A DNA stretch of 64,000 bases from Spirochaetia bacterium (GCA_965199955.1 CBDATQ010000003.1:64001-128000), one strand, 5' to 3'. Numbered from the stretch's first letter, positions 37,892-48,379 are shown. The notes: generated by a model from the sequence alone, not told the origin. Numbers and translations: made by a program.

Positions 37892-39346
37892 ATGATGGCA
37901 GTCAGAGAGACGCCACGCCGATGGCCGTTCCTGGACTGGTCGCTGGTGCAGCCCGGCTACCAGCACATGCCGCGCTCGCCGAAGTACGGCAACGTGCCAT
38001 ACGGGATCTCGATCCGATCGCAACCCGCGCAGCGGTCAGTCCCCTGGCTCCGTGCCGACAGGCCGTGGGAAGAGCAGGCGCTCGGCAAGTCGCAATCGCT
38101 CGTCTACGAGAACGGCACCTACCGGCTCTGGTATGAGGCGGCCGCCAGCGACTACAACTGGCGCTCTTCGGACCTGACCGACTACAGCCACCGGCTGTGC
38201 TACGCCGAATCGAGCGACGGCGTGAGCTGGCACAAGCCGAACCTCGGCCTGGTGGAGTTTCGCGGCGACCGGAACACGAACATCGTCTTCGACCGGACGC
38301 GCAACGGCGGCCGCGCCTGCCTGGGAGGAACGGTGTTCGCCGACCCGGTCGCACCGCCCGCCGAGCGCTACAAGCACATCTTCCTGGGCGCCGAGCCACG
38401 CACGTGGCAGATGCAGGGTGCGGTGTCGGCGGATGGGCTGCAGTGGACGCCGATCGCCGAGCCGCTCATCGACGGCTTCATGAGCGACACCCAGACCACC
38501 GCACATTACGACCCGGTACGGCGCCGCTACGTCGGCTACTTCCGCACGTGGATGGAAAGCGACGTCCCCAGCTCATCGTTCCGCTCACGCCAGTCCCGAA
38601 GGTCGATCTCCCGCGCCGAAACCGCCGATTTCCGGACCTGGACCCATCCTGAAACGACTGCCTATTTGGGCGTGGCGCACCATCCGTCCCACGATCTGTA
38701 CACCAACGGCCACGCCCTCTATCCCGGACGGGATGATCTGCATCTGTTCTTCCCCGCCCAGTTCAGCCGCGAGAAGGACACGCTGCAGGTCCACCTGGCC
38801 AAGAGCCGCGACGGGGTACGCCTGGAGTACTTCGGCGACCGGCCGGTGGTGCCGATCGATGCGGACGGCGCCGGAGAAGAGAAGCGCGTCTATGCGGGGG
38901 TGGGCATCGTGCCGCACGGCACGGATACCGTGGCCGTGCCGTGCAGCCGCTGGCGCCACACCCACAACGAGGACACGGCGGAGGGATTCCGGGATGAGTA
39001 CCAGGGCGAGTACTTCTGGGCGACCTGGAGCACCGACCGTTTCGCGGCCGTGGAGGCCGATGAACGCGGCTTCTTTGCGACACCGGTGTTCGACGACCCG
39101 CTGGCCGGGCTGTCGGTCAACGCCACGACCTATCCGTCGGGGGAGATACGGGTCCAGCTCACCGATGAGACGGGGGTGCCCATCGAGGGACATGAGTTTG
39201 CCCAGTGCGACCCGGTGCGGGGTGACGAGATCCGCCATCCGGTGACTTGGCGGGGCAGCCCCGAGATCGCGGTCCATCCCGAGAGGCCGCTGGTGATCCA
39301 GTTCCGGATGACGCGGGCGAAGCTCTACGCCTTGTACACGGCGTGA
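37892..39346 (+). CDS. Beta-propeller glycoside hydrolase-like protein
   Basis: YAESSDGVSWHKPNLG, VSADGLQW, KSRDGV; C-terminal domain similar to that of 28829..30259. Confidence 0.72.
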   Translation: MMAVRETPRRWPFLDWSLVQPGYQHMPRSPKYGNVPYGISIRSQPAQRSVPWLRADRPWEEQALGKSQSLVYENGTYRLWYEAAASDYNWRSSDLTDYSHRLCYAESSDGVSWHKPNLGLVEFRGDRNTNIVFDRTRNGGRACLGGTVFADPVAPPAERYKHIFLGAEPRTWQMQGAVSADGLQWTPIAEPLIDGFMSDTQTTAHYDPVRRRYVGYFRTWMESDVPSSSFRSRQSRRSISRAETADFRTWTHPETTAYLGVAHHPSHDLYTNGHALYPGRDDLHLFFPAQFSREKDTLQVHLAKSRDGVRLEYFGDRPVVPIDADGAGEEKRVYAGVGIVPHGTDTVAVPCSRWRHTHNEDTAEGFRDEYQGEYFWATWSTDRFAAVEADERGFFATPVFDDPLAGLSVNATTYPSGEIRVQLTDETGVPIEGHEFAQCDPVRGDEIRHPVTWRGSPEIAVHPERPLVIQFRMTRAKLYALYTA

Positions 39347-39362
39347 CCCGTGTACGCCGGTC

Positions 39363-39390
39363 CGACCTGTACGGTTAGTGGTACAAGTCG
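39363..39390. promoter_or_regulatory. Putative YefM operator palindrome
   Basis: CGACCTGTAC-N8-GTACAAGTCG (9 of 10 positions inverted); further TGTAC words at 39333 and 39351; TAGACT -10-like hexamer at 39402. Confidence 0.6.
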
Positions 39391-39437
39391 TCGGCGTGCG
39401 GTAGACTTGGGGCGAACACGCGACTCAGGAGAATGAG

Positions 39438-39692
39438 GTGAGAACGGTTTCGTTCACGGAAGCCAGGAATGGCCTGAAGTCCATACTCGACGGAGTCGCC
39501 GGCGATGCGGACGTCGCCATCATCACGCGTCGCGATGCCGAGGACGCGGTGGTCATGTCGCTCGACTACTACAACAGCCTGATGGAAACCGTGCACCTGC
39601 TGAAGTCGCCCGCGAACGCAGCTCACCTCGCCGAGTCGATCGAGCAGTACCGGGCCGGCGACGTGGTCGAACGAGAGCCGATCCGCCCGTAA
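39438..39692 (+). CDS. yefM: YefM/Phd antitoxin
   Basis: VSFTEARNGLKSILD, IITRR, VVMSLDYYNSLMETVHLLKSPANAAHL. Confidence 0.93.
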   Translation: MRTVSFTEARNGLKSILDGVAGDADVAIITRRDAEDAVVMSLDYYNSLMETVHLLKSPANAAHLAESIEQYRAGDVVEREPIRP

Positions 39693-39695
39693 GCG

Positions 39696-39962
39696 ATGGC
39701 GCGCACGTTGGCATGGACCAACGCGGCATGGGCCGACTACCTGCGGTGGCAGGGACAGGACAGAAAGACACTGCGGCGGATCAACCGCCTGATCGCCGAC
39801 ACCATGCGCTCCCCGTTCGAGGGGATCGGCAAGCCGGAAGCGCTGAAGGAGACCCTGACCGGCTTCTGGTCACGGCGGATCGACCAGGAAAACCGCCTGG
39901 TCTACGCCGTCGACGACACCCGCGTGACCATCATCTCCTGCCGCTACCACTACGAGCGGTGA
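39696..39962 (+). CDS. yoeB: YoeB/Txe toxin
   Basis: WADYLRWQ, PFEGIGKPEALK, WSRRIDQENRLVY, CRYHY. Confidence 0.95.
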   Translation: MARTLAWTNAAWADYLRWQGQDRKTLRRINRLIADTMRSPFEGIGKPEALKETLTGFWSRRIDQENRLVYAVDDTRVTIISCRYHYER

Positions 39963-39966
39963 TGCC

Positions 39967-40953
39967 ATGATCCTGGCTGTTCTGCGCCGGCTGCGGCTGA
40001 TGGTGGTGACCCTGGCCGCCATCTCCGTGCTCTCGTTCCTGATCATCCAGGCGCCCCCCGGCAACTACCTTGACACCTACATCACGCAGTTGCGCATGCA
40101 GGGCGACGCCGTCGACGACGCCAGGATCGAAGCGCTGGAGGCCCGTTACGGCCTGGAGCGGCCGATGCACGTGCAGTACCTGAAGTGGATCTGGGGCGTG
40201 CTGCGCGGCGACCTGGGGCGCTCGATGGCGCACAACATGGAAGTCAACAAGCTGCTCGCGCAGCGGCTGCCCGCGAGCCTGGCGATCTCCATCCTGTCGC
40301 TGATCCTGGTCTACCTGCTCGGCCTGCCGATCGGGATCTACTCGGCCACCCGCCAGTACTCGCCCGGCGACTACGTGTTCACGTTCATCGGCTTCATGGG
40401 CTTGGCGATTCCCAGCTTCCTGTTCGCGCTGATCCTGCTGTGGATCACCTTCGAGACCACCGGCACGGCGGCCATCGGGCTGTCCTCCGCCGAGTACGCC
40501 AACGAGCCGTGGAGCTTCGCCAAGCTGATCGACCTGCTGAAGCACCTGTGGATGCCGGCCCTGATCGTCGGCACCGCAGGCACCGCGGGCCTGATCAGGG
40601 TGGTGCGCGCCAGCCTGCTCGACGAGCTGCGCAAGCTCTACGTCACGGTCGCCCGCGCCAAGGGCGTGGCCGAGCGGCCGCTCCTGTTCCGCTACCCGGT
40701 GCGCATCGCGCTCAACCCCGTGATCTCGACGATCGGCTGGACCCTGCCGGCGCTGGTGTCGGGCGAGCTGCTGGTATCGCTGGTCATGGGCCTGCCCACG
40801 ATCGCGCCGCTGTTCGTGCAGGCGCTGATCAACCAGGACATGTTCCTGGCCGGCAGTGTGGTGATGGTGCTGAGCAGCCTGACGGTGCTCGGCACCCTTA
40901 TCTCCGACATCCTGCTGGTCGCGATCGATCCGCGCATCCGGGAGGCGGTCTGA
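39967..40953 (+). CDS. Peptide/nickel ABC permease (OppB/DppB-like)
   Basis: YGLERP...QYLKW...GDLGRS, TVARAKGV EAA loop, DPRIR. Confidence 0.92.
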   Translation: MILAVLRRLRLMVVTLAAISVLSFLIIQAPPGNYLDTYITQLRMQGDAVDDARIEALEARYGLERPMHVQYLKWIWGVLRGDLGRSMAHNMEVNKLLAQRLPASLAISILSLILVYLLGLPIGIYSATRQYSPGDYVFTFIGFMGLAIPSFLFALILLWITFETTGTAAIGLSSAEYANEPWSFAKLIDLLKHLWMPALIVGTAGTAGLIRVVRASLLDELRKLYVTVARAKGVAERPLLFRYPVRIALNPVISTIGWTLPALVSGELLVSLVMGLPTIAPLFVQALINQDMFLAGSVVMVLSSLTVLGTLISDILLVAIDPRIREAV

Positions 40954-40954
40954 C

Positions 40955-42058
40955 GTGGCCCTCTACGACGCGGCCGAGCGCGAGCAGGTCTCATCGCAGT
41001 GGCGGCTGATCCGCATCCGCTTCCTGCGCCACAAGGTGGCGGTCGCCGCTCTGGTGCTGCTCGGCATCTTCTACCTGGGCGTGCTGTTCGCGGAGTTCGT
41101 GGCGCCCTACGACCCCCGCCAGCGCAGCCCGGAACAGCAGTACTCACCGCCGCAGCGGATCCGCCTGTTCCACGAGGGCCGACTGACCGCCCCGTTCGTG
41201 TACGGGCTGTCGTCCGAGCTGGATCTGGAGACCTTCCGCTACGTGTACGAGGTGGACCGGGAAGGCCGGCAGCCGCTGGCGCTGTTCGTGCGCGGGGACC
41301 CATACGAGCTGTGGGGCCTGTTTCCGTCCGATCTGCACCTGTTCGGCGTCACGGACGGCAACCGGGCGTACCTGTTCGGCACCGACAACCTGGGGCGCGA
41401 CCTGATGTCGCGGGTGATCCACGGCGGGCGCATCTCACTGTCGATCGGGCTGGTCGGCATCGCCATCAGCTTCCTGCTCGGCATCGTCCTGGGAGGGATC
41501 TCCGGCTACTTCGGGGGAACCGTGGACGTGGCCATCCAGCGCCTGGTGGAGTTCCTGCGCTCCATCCCCGACCTGCCGCTGTGGATGGCGCTGAGCGTGG
41601 CGCTGCCCCGCTACTGGTCGACCGAGCGGGTCTACTTCGGCATTGTCATGATCCTGTCGCTGGTCGGCTGGACCTCCATCGCGCGCGTAGTGCGAGGCAA
41701 GTTCATGGCCGTGCGCGAGGAGGAGTTCGTCACCGCGGCCGTCGTTGCGGGCGCGGGCACGGGGCGCATCCTGTTCCGCCACCTGCTGCCCTCCTTCGCC
41801 AGCTACATGATCGCCTCGCTGACGCTGTCGGTGCCGGGGATGATCCTGGGAGAGACCGCGCTGAGCTTCATCGGCCTGGGGCTGCAGACCCCGGCGATAA
41901 GCTGGGGGGTGCTGCTGCAGGAGTCGCAACGCATCCACGTGCTGGCCGGATCGCCGTGGCTGCTGATCCCGGGCGGGTTCGTGATCGTCACGGTGCTGGC
42001 GTTCAACTTCCTGGGAGACGGGCTGCGCGACGCGGCCGATCCGTACACCTCCACCTGA
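40955..42058 (+). CDS. Peptide/nickel ABC permease (OppC/DppC-like)
   Basis: FGTDNLGRDLMSR, ETALSFIGLG, FNFLGDGLRDAADP. Confidence 0.92.
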   Translation: MALYDAAEREQVSSQWRLIRIRFLRHKVAVAALVLLGIFYLGVLFAEFVAPYDPRQRSPEQQYSPPQRIRLFHEGRLTAPFVYGLSSELDLETFRYVYEVDREGRQPLALFVRGDPYELWGLFPSDLHLFGVTDGNRAYLFGTDNLGRDLMSRVIHGGRISLSIGLVGIAISFLLGIVLGGISGYFGGTVDVAIQRLVEFLRSIPDLPLWMALSVALPRYWSTERVYFGIVMILSLVGWTSIARVVRGKFMAVREEEFVTAAVVAGAGTGRILFRHLLPSFASYMIASLTLSVPGMILGETALSFIGLGLQTPAISWGVLLQESQRIHVLAGSPWLLIPGGFVIVTVLAFNFLGDGLRDAADPYTST

Positions 42059-42059
42059 C

Positions 42060-42089
42060 AAAAGGGAGGAGGGATCGGTCCCTCCTCCC
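42060..42089 (-). terminator. Intrinsic terminator between convergent permease and SBP genes
   Basis: Perfect 11-bp stem GGGAGGAGGGA/TCCCTCCTCCC with a 4-nt loop; T-run follows on the minus strand. Confidence 0.75.
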
Positions 42090-42112
42090 CGGTTTCGCTA
42101 CGGATACGCGTT

Positions 42113-44071
42113 CTATGACTTGAAGTAGAACTGCGCGGGCACCTCGTGGATGTGCTCGGCGATGATCGGATCGGGGATGTTCCCCAGCTTGAGGCTGGCG
42201 ATTCCGTAGTAGTCCTGCCTCGGAGGGCGCACGGCGCCGATCATGTACAGCCCTTCCTCCAACAGCGCGAAAATCTCCATGGTGATAGCGATGCGTTCCT
42301 CATTGTCCGAAATGGAGATCGCGCGCTCGCGCAGCGCCGCGATCTGCTTCAGCTCATCCGGGGGCTCCATGCCCTCCGCGCCGTCCGTATTCAGCCAGGC
42401 GGCCCACTCCCTGCCGGGCGTGAACCAGGTGCCGACCGGTACGACCTCGCCCCGGACCAGCGGGTTCATCGGCCGGCCAGCCAGCCCGAACGGGAACATG
42501 ATCAGGTCGAAGTCGTTGGTGTTGTAGATGCCGCCGAACGCGTCCCAGCTTCCGGCGCGGGCGACGGTCTCGATACCGATATCACCCCAGTAGCCGGTGT
42601 ACAGATCCGCGATCTCGGCGGTAAGGCCGGACGGCATCGCGTAGATCTGCATGCGCAGGCGCTCGCCGTCGGAGCGCAGGCGGTAGCCGTCGCCGTCCCG
42701 CTCATCCAGACCCAGTTCGTCCAGGATGGCGTTCGCCTTGTCCAGGTCGTGCTCCAGGTAGATCTTGAACAGGTTCTCACCGTAGTACGGCGGGCCGGCC
42801 TCCACGGTCGGCTGCGACGCAACGCCCAGCCCCTTGTAGAAGGTCTGGTTGATCTCGTCGCGGTCGATGGCGTGTGAGAGCGCGATGCGGAAGCGCTTGT
42901 CGCTCTGCAGGTCCCGGAGCACCTCGTCCTCATGGGCGAAGTTGAAAATGATCAGGCCCTGCTCGCCCCCCGGCCACCAGTACTGGATGCGGCGATAGCC
43001 GGCGCTGTCGGCGTTCTCGTTGACCACCTGCAGGTTGGCGATGCCGCCCCACGGGCCGGGCGCCTGCAGGTCGGACTCTCCGGCCAGGATCTTCAGCAGC
43101 TCGGCCTCCCCGGGCGGAACGCCCTGCGAGTGGATGGCGTCGATGTAGGGAAGCTGGTTGCCGGCCGTGTCGATCTTCCAGTAGTAGGGGTTGCGGTTCA
43201 TCACCAGCACCTGGTCGGTCTTCTCGTTCTCGAGCTTCCAGGGGCCGATCACCGGCGTCTTGGGGCTGTGCTGCGGGTTGTAGATCTCCTTGAAGTGGTC
43301 GGTCCAGGTCTCGAAGCCGTTCTCCTTCACCGCCGCCTCGACCTTGTCCATCGACGTGTGACCCGGGTGGAACTGTTTCAGGAACTCCGAGTGCGCGTAG
43401 TTGGCCGGCCGCCACCGCGCCATGAACTCCACGAACATGCCGGCCTGCACGTCCCAGGAGATCTGCACCGCGGTGTCACTGACCTTGGTCATCGTCCCCG
43501 CGTTGCCGCCGAACCGCATCTGCGACGGCGGCGTCGGGAACAGCTCCTCGTTGAGGCCGATCTCGTTCCAGTAGAACAGGAAGTCGTCGGCGACGAACGG
43601 CTTGCCGTCGCTCCACTTCATCCCCTCACGCAGGTGCAGGGTGATGGTCATGCCGTCCGCGCTCCACTCCCAGCCCGCCAGGGCGTTCGGGAAGATCGAG
43701 CTCATGTCCGGCGAGTACGCCGTGGCGTACTCCCACACCCAGTGGTCGCCGTTGATGATCGTGCCTTCGGGGCGCAGCTCGCGCAGCACGCCGCCGTACT
43801 GGCCGATCTCGTCCACGGGCTCGACCACCAGCGGGTTGCTCGGCAGCCGTTCGGTGAGCGGCGGCAGGTCGCCGGCCGCCACCATGCTGGCCAGCATGGG
43901 CGCCTCGCTGAACGAGCTGATCGCCCCGTGCATGCCCTGCCACTCGTCGAGCTGGTGCACCTCGGAGTTGGTGTCCATCATCTGCGCCATCGCCAGCGAT
44001 GGCACGATCAGCAGCGCCACGGCCACCGCGATCGGTGCGACGCGGCGCAGCAGGTCGATTCTCATCCGCAT
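42113..44071 (-). CDS. Family-5 ABC substrate-binding protein
   Basis: AAGGAGG SD, signal peptide, EAPML...LPPLTERLP, LREGMKWSDGKPF, RNPYYWKID. Confidence 0.92.
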   Translation of the reverse strand: MRMRIDLLRRVAPIAVAVALLIVPSLAMAQMMDTNSEVHQLDEWQGMHGAISSFSEAPMLASMVAAGDLPPLTERLPSNPLVVEPVDEIGQYGGVLRELRPEGTIINGDHWVWEYATAYSPDMSSIFPNALAGWEWSADGMTITLHLREGMKWSDGKPFVADDFLFYWNEIGLNEELFPTPPSQMRFGGNAGTMTKVSDTAVQISWDVQAGMFVEFMARWRPANYAHSEFLKQFHPGHTSMDKVEAAVKENGFETWTDHFKEIYNPQHSPKTPVIGPWKLENEKTDQVLVMNRNPYYWKIDTAGNQLPYIDAIHSQGVPPGEAELLKILAGESDLQAPGPWGGIANLQVVNENADSAGYRRIQYWWPGGEQGLIIFNFAHEDEVLRDLQSDKRFRIALSHAIDRDEINQTFYKGLGVASQPTVEAGPPYYGENLFKIYLEHDLDKANAILDELGLDERDGDGYRLRSDGERLRMQIYAMPSGLTAEIADLYTGYWGDIGIETVARAGSWDAFGGIYNTNDFDLIMFPFGLAGRPMNPLVRGEVVPVGTWFTPGREWAAWLNTDGAEGMEPPDELKQIAALRERAISISDNEERIAITMEIFALLEEGLYMIGAVRPPRQDYYGIASLKLGNIPDPIIAEHIHEVPAQFYFKS

Positions 44072-44172
44072 AGGTACGTTCCTCCTTGTCGGTTGAACCG
44101 GGTTCAGCCGGTTGGATCGAATGGCTCCGAGTCTACGCTCCCCGCGTCGGGGTGCCAAGGACGGACTCCCCC

Positions 44173-44997
44173 TCACGACCAGACAAACACCTCCGGATCA
44201 TCCTCCGAGTAGCCGATGAACACCGCCAGGACGACCCGCGGCGAGGAGCCCTCCAGCGCCGGCACCTCGTGCACCAGGCGGGTGTTGAAGAAGTAGAGGT
44301 CGCCGGGCTGCAGGTCTACCTGGTAGTGCTCGACGGCGTTGGCCGCGGCGTAATCGGCGAAGGCGTCGGCCTGCAGGCACGGCTCCAGCTCCGGCGTCCA
44401 CAGGCAGCGGTGCAGGATCGACTGCGCGATCCGCCCCCCGGAGCGGCTGTTCTGCAGGCACAGCACGCCCGCGAACTGATGTGCGAAGCGGCTGACGGCG
44501 TAATCGAGCCGCCGCTCGTGCTTGCCGACATGGTCGACGTGCGGTTGGTAGCGGTGCCCGGCGTAGTGGATGCGGAAGATCGCCGGCCCGTAGGCGCGCC
44601 CGCCCGGCTCGTACGCCGTCGTGACCCGCTTGCCCGCCGCCAGCTCCGCCAGCCGGTCATAGACCAGCTCCACCGGGTCCGGATGGCCCGCGAACAGGGT
44701 TGCGAACAGCTCCCGGGTCTGCTGCGCGTGGGCCAGGAACCCCTCCCGGTCGGCCGCGCGGTTGCTCAGGCTGGTGCCGATGTCCACGCGGCGCGGCTGC
44801 ACGCTGTCGGCGTCCAGCAGGCTGGCGTCCATCAGCCCGCGCGCCACGAAGCGGTCGATCAGCGCGGCGCAGTGCTCCGCCGGATACGCCCCGCGCAGGA
44901 CGATCGCCGGAACCTCTGCCCGCGCCAGCGACGCCAGCGGATCGGCATGCTCCGCCAGCACGCTCCCCACGTCCGGTTCCGCCGCCGTCCAGCGCAT
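44173..44997 (-). CDS. 2OG-Fe(II) oxygenase superfamily protein
   Basis: HxD (PHVD), PGDLYFFNTRLVHEV, distal Arg in PRVVL. Confidence 0.7.
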   Translation of the reverse strand: MRWTAAEPDVGSVLAEHADPLASLARAEVPAIVLRGAYPAEHCAALIDRFVARGLMDASLLDADSVQPRRVDIGTSLSNRAADREGFLAHAQQTRELFATLFAGHPDPVELVYDRLAELAAGKRVTTAYEPGGRAYGPAIFRIHYAGHRYQPHVDHVGKHERRLDYAVSRFAHQFAGVLCLQNSRSGGRIAQSILHRCLWTPELEPCLQADAFADYAAANAVEHYQVDLQPGDLYFFNTRLVHEVPALEGSSPRVVLAVFIGYSEDDPEVFVWS

Positions 44998-45092
44998 GCG
45001 GCATGGTACCGCGCCGGCCGTGCGTCCGCATGCGCCAGGTGTATTGGTCGTCTTGATTGAGAGCGACGTCGATCTGCCCCAGGGGCTCGGCT

Positions 45093-46682
45093 TCACATCC
45101 CCCAGATGGTGACCGGTACGCCATCTCCCGACGGCGCGCGGCGGAAGATCTTTTCCGACCAAGGTCGTTTCCGTGTGCGGTCGAACACGATCAGGTGGCC
45201 CGCTTCCGCCCCGCAGCGGTCCGCGTAGCCCCGGGTTTGCGCCAGGCCTTCGGCCACGGTCCGCTCCAAGCCCTGCCGCAGCACCTTGCACTCGACGACG
45301 AAACGGCGCTCCCGCCCACCCTGCGGCCAGACGATCAGCAGATCCGTACGCCCCCGCCCCAACGCGTACTCGCGTTCGATCCGCCCGCCGCCATTGACGA
45401 TCCGCTGCAGGTGCGCCTGCAGCAGCAACTGCGGCCCCGCCTCGTGGTACTGCTCGAAGCGATGCACCCAGTGCTCGGAGTGTTCGCGGAAGAACGCCTG
45501 AAACGCCGCGATCAGCCCCGCCACGTCCAGCCCGCCGTCGGCGCCCACGTACCACGCCATCCGCTGCGGCAGGCCCGCCTGCACCGCGTCGTTCAGATGA
45601 CGAGGCACCACCTCGGCATAGATGGGGTTGGCGATGTGCGGCGTGCCGTCCGGCTCCTGCGCCACCAGCCCCAGGTCGCAGACGTAGGCGACGTCCTCGG
45701 TCGACCACGCCTGCTCGTCGGCGCCGGTCAGGATCGGCTCCACCACCCGACGCACGCGCTCCTCGCACAGCTTGTTGGCCAGGTCGTCGATATGCGTGTC
45801 TCGGCGCAGGATCAGACGCTCCTGCGCCTCCAGGACGGCGTCCGGGGTGATAGGTCGGGCGCGGTCGCGTCCGGGCTCGTGGCGGAAGCATGCGTCGTAG
45901 CACAGCGCGTTCACCAGCCATGGCTGGCCGGCGGTCCGCGTGCCGATCTGTTCCAGCGCCTCGTCCGTGAACGCCTGCCCGGTCGCCACGGTGTGCTGCG
46001 CCAGCAGCGTCCGTATCTCCTGCACGGAGAAGTCGCCGAGCCGCAGCGACTCGGACTTGATGTTGAAGGCGCTGCCGCCGAGCACCAGTCGGTCCTCGGC
46101 GGACGAGTGGATGCGGTAGTCGCGCACGTCGCGCACTCCGCACAGGACGATGCTGTGCGGGAAGGCCGCCGGACGCTGGTCGTAGCCGGTGCGAAGCTGG
46201 CGCAGCACCGACAGCAAGGTATCGCCGACCAGCGCGTCGATCTCGTCGATCAGCAGCACCAGCGGGCGCGCGTCCGCCATGCTCCAGCGCGCCAGCGCCT
46301 GGTGCAGCGCCTGCCCCGGCCCGACGCGCTCCAGCAGGGCCGGCCAGAGGTTCTCCAGGGTCTCGTCATGCAGCGTCACGCTGGCCCGAAACGCCAACTG
46401 GGCGAGCACCGTGCGCACTCCCTCCGCCACGTTCTCGCGCATCGCCTGACCAGCCTCGACGTTCGCGTACACGCAGCGGTAGTCCCCGGCGGCGCCGCCG
46501 TTCAGCAGGTCGCGCAGCGCCAGCAACGCCGAGGTCTTTCCGGTCTGGCGCGGCGCGTGCAGCACGAAGTACTTCTTGTCGCGGACCAAGCCGAGCACGG
46601 TGTCGAGATCGATTCGTTCCAGTGGCGGGATACAGTAGTGGTCCTCGCTCACCACCGGACCTTCCGTGTTGAACGTGCGCAC
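45093..46682 (-). CDS. AAA-like ATPase with C-terminal PD-(D/E)XK nuclease-like domain
   Basis: FNTEGP start, APRQTGKTS, LLIDEID, EYALGRGRTDL...VVECK. Confidence 0.88.
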   Translation of the reverse strand: MRTFNTEGPVVSEDHYCIPPLERIDLDTVLGLVRDKKYFVLHAPRQTGKTSALLALRDLLNGGAAGDYRCVYANVEAGQAMRENVAEGVRTVLAQLAFRASVTLHDETLENLWPALLERVGPGQALHQALARWSMADARPLVLLIDEIDALVGDTLLSVLRQLRTGYDQRPAAFPHSIVLCGVRDVRDYRIHSSAEDRLVLGGSAFNIKSESLRLGDFSVQEIRTLLAQHTVATGQAFTDEALEQIGTRTAGQPWLVNALCYDACFRHEPGRDRARPITPDAVLEAQERLILRRDTHIDDLANKLCEERVRRVVEPILTGADEQAWSTEDVAYVCDLGLVAQEPDGTPHIANPIYAEVVPRHLNDAVQAGLPQRMAWYVGADGGLDVAGLIAAFQAFFREHSEHWVHRFEQYHEAGPQLLLQAHLQRIVNGGGRIEREYALGRGRTDLLIVWPQGGRERRFVVECKVLRQGLERTVAEGLAQTRGYADRCGAEAGHLIVFDRTRKRPWSEKIFRRAPSGDGVPVTIWGM

Positions 46683-46856
46683 CGTGGCTATCGTCTCAAG
46701 GTGTGGTATGGCTGTCGAACACGTTGTGTTTCGCCGCGAGCGGACCGGTCACGGCGTGGGAGACCTCAGGAGCAAAGGGAGGACATATCAGGCTCATATG
46801 AAGGCGGGCAGGCGGCTGCGGCCACACGCGCTGCGGTGGTAGATTGCGCGCCAGTC

Positions 46857-48302
46857 ATGAGCTCACTGCATCCGTACCATCCGCCCTCCGCCCGCTGCCG
46901 CGCCGGCGTCGCCCGCCGGGACGTGACGCCGCCAGTCGGAATCCAGAGCCGCTCCTTCGGCGCCGCCCTGCACGAGACGGCCGAAGGCGTCCACCGGCCC
47001 TTCACCGCCACCGCCCTGGCCCTGGCCGAGCTGGAAGGCGACGGCGGTCCGATGCTCCTCCTGGCCGTCGACATCGGCTGGCTGGAGAAGGACGAGATGG
47101 CGGAGTTCCTGGACGGGGTGCGCGAGCCGCTCGGCCTCGACGAGGGCCGGCTGCTCATCGCCTTCTCCCATACCCACTCGGGCGCGAACCTGTCGAGATC
47201 CATGCGCGACCACCCCGGCGGCGACAAGATCCGCCCCTACTTCGAGCGATTGATCGGCCGCTGCACGGAGGCTGCCGCCGAGGCTATCGCGAATCTCGTT
47301 CCCGCATGGCTCAGCTTCGGCTCCGGCACCTGCGACCTGGCCCAGAACCGGGACGCGTGGGACGAGGACTCACAGCAATTCGTGACCGGCTTCAACCCCG
47401 ACGGCGAAGCCGACGACACGGTGCTGGTCGCCCGCGTCAGCGCCGACGACGGCAGCGTCCTGGCCACGCTGGTCAACTATGGCTGCCACCCGACCACGTT
47501 GGGGCCGACCAACCGGCTGCTCTCCCCCGACTACGTCGGCGCCATGCGCGAAGTGATGGAGGACGCCTTCGGCGCCCCCTGCCTGTTCCTGCTCAGCCCG
47601 TGCGGCGACACCGGTCCGCGTGAAGGCTTCGTGGGCGACACCGCCGTCGCCGACTCCAACGGCCGCCGCCTGGGCTTCGCCGCCGCCGGCGCCGTCGAGT
47701 CGTTGCTCCCCGCGGGCACGCAACTCCGGTACGACGGCCCCATCATCTCCGGCGCCACGCTCGGCGCCTGGAAGCGTACGAAGATCGACCCACCCGCCGA
47801 CGACCGGTCACCCGTGCTGCGCAGGCGCATTCTGAGTATCGACCTGCCGATCAAGCCGCACGAATCACCGGACGCCCTCAAGGCAACCCACGACCAGGCC
47901 ACCCGCGACCTGGAAGCCGCGCAAGCCTCCGGCGACCCCATTGCCATCCGCGACGCCACCGCCCTGCGCGAGCGCGCCCGCCGCCGCCTCCTGCGCGGCC
48001 CGACCCTCCCCGACGGCGGGACCATCCCCTTCGACCTCCACCTCTGGCGGATCGGCGATGCCTTCCTCCTTTCGGTGCCCGCCGAGCCCTACTCCGTCCT
48101 CCAGAACGAGCTGCGAGCCCGCTTCCCCGACCGCCCCATCTTCATCTCCGTCGTGACCAACGGCATCCTGGCATACCTCCTGCCACGGGAACGGTATGGC
48201 AAGGACCTCTACCAGGACTGGGTCTCGTTCCCGGGACCGGGTGGCCTGGAGCTGGTAGTCCAGACGGCAGCCGCCGAGATCGCAGCCATGGCCGAAGAGT
48301 AA
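46857..48302 (+). CDS. Neutral/alkaline ceramidase-like hydrolase
   Basis: AGVARRDVTPPVG, SHTHSG, NYGCHPT, SPDYVG, PAEPYS. Confidence 0.75.
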   Translation: MSSLHPYHPPSARCRAGVARRDVTPPVGIQSRSFGAALHETAEGVHRPFTATALALAELEGDGGPMLLLAVDIGWLEKDEMAEFLDGVREPLGLDEGRLLIAFSHTHSGANLSRSMRDHPGGDKIRPYFERLIGRCTEAAAEAIANLVPAWLSFGSGTCDLAQNRDAWDEDSQQFVTGFNPDGEADDTVLVARVSADDGSVLATLVNYGCHPTTLGPTNRLLSPDYVGAMREVMEDAFGAPCLFLLSPCGDTGPREGFVGDTAVADSNGRRLGFAAAGAVESLLPAGTQLRYDGPIISGATLGAWKRTKIDPPADDRSPVLRRRILSIDLPIKPHESPDALKATHDQATRDLEAAQASGDPIAIRDATALRERARRRLLRGPTLPDGGTIPFDLHLWRIGDAFLLSVPAEPYSVLQNELRARFPDRPIFISVVTNGILAYLLPRERYGKDLYQDWVSFPGPGGLELVVQTAAAEIAAMAEE

Positions 48303-48379
48303 GGTGATGCGCGGTTACGACGGGTGCCAGCTTCTGCCCTAATCCGTTCGACCGATGATGGCTTTGCCGTAGTCGTCCA

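Noticed and set aside
32100..39962. Integrated mobile element carrying hicBA, the helicase and yefM-yoeB
   Set aside because: No integrase, transposase, tRNA target or flanking direct repeats were found.
44998..46143. 656-aa version of the 2OG oxygenase
   Set aside because: The upstream part overlaps the AAA ATPase in another frame and is low-complexity.
45057..46856. Apparent 1081-aa protein 45057..48302
   Set aside because: The first 600 codons are the antisense of the AAA ATPase; the real gene starts at ATG 46857.
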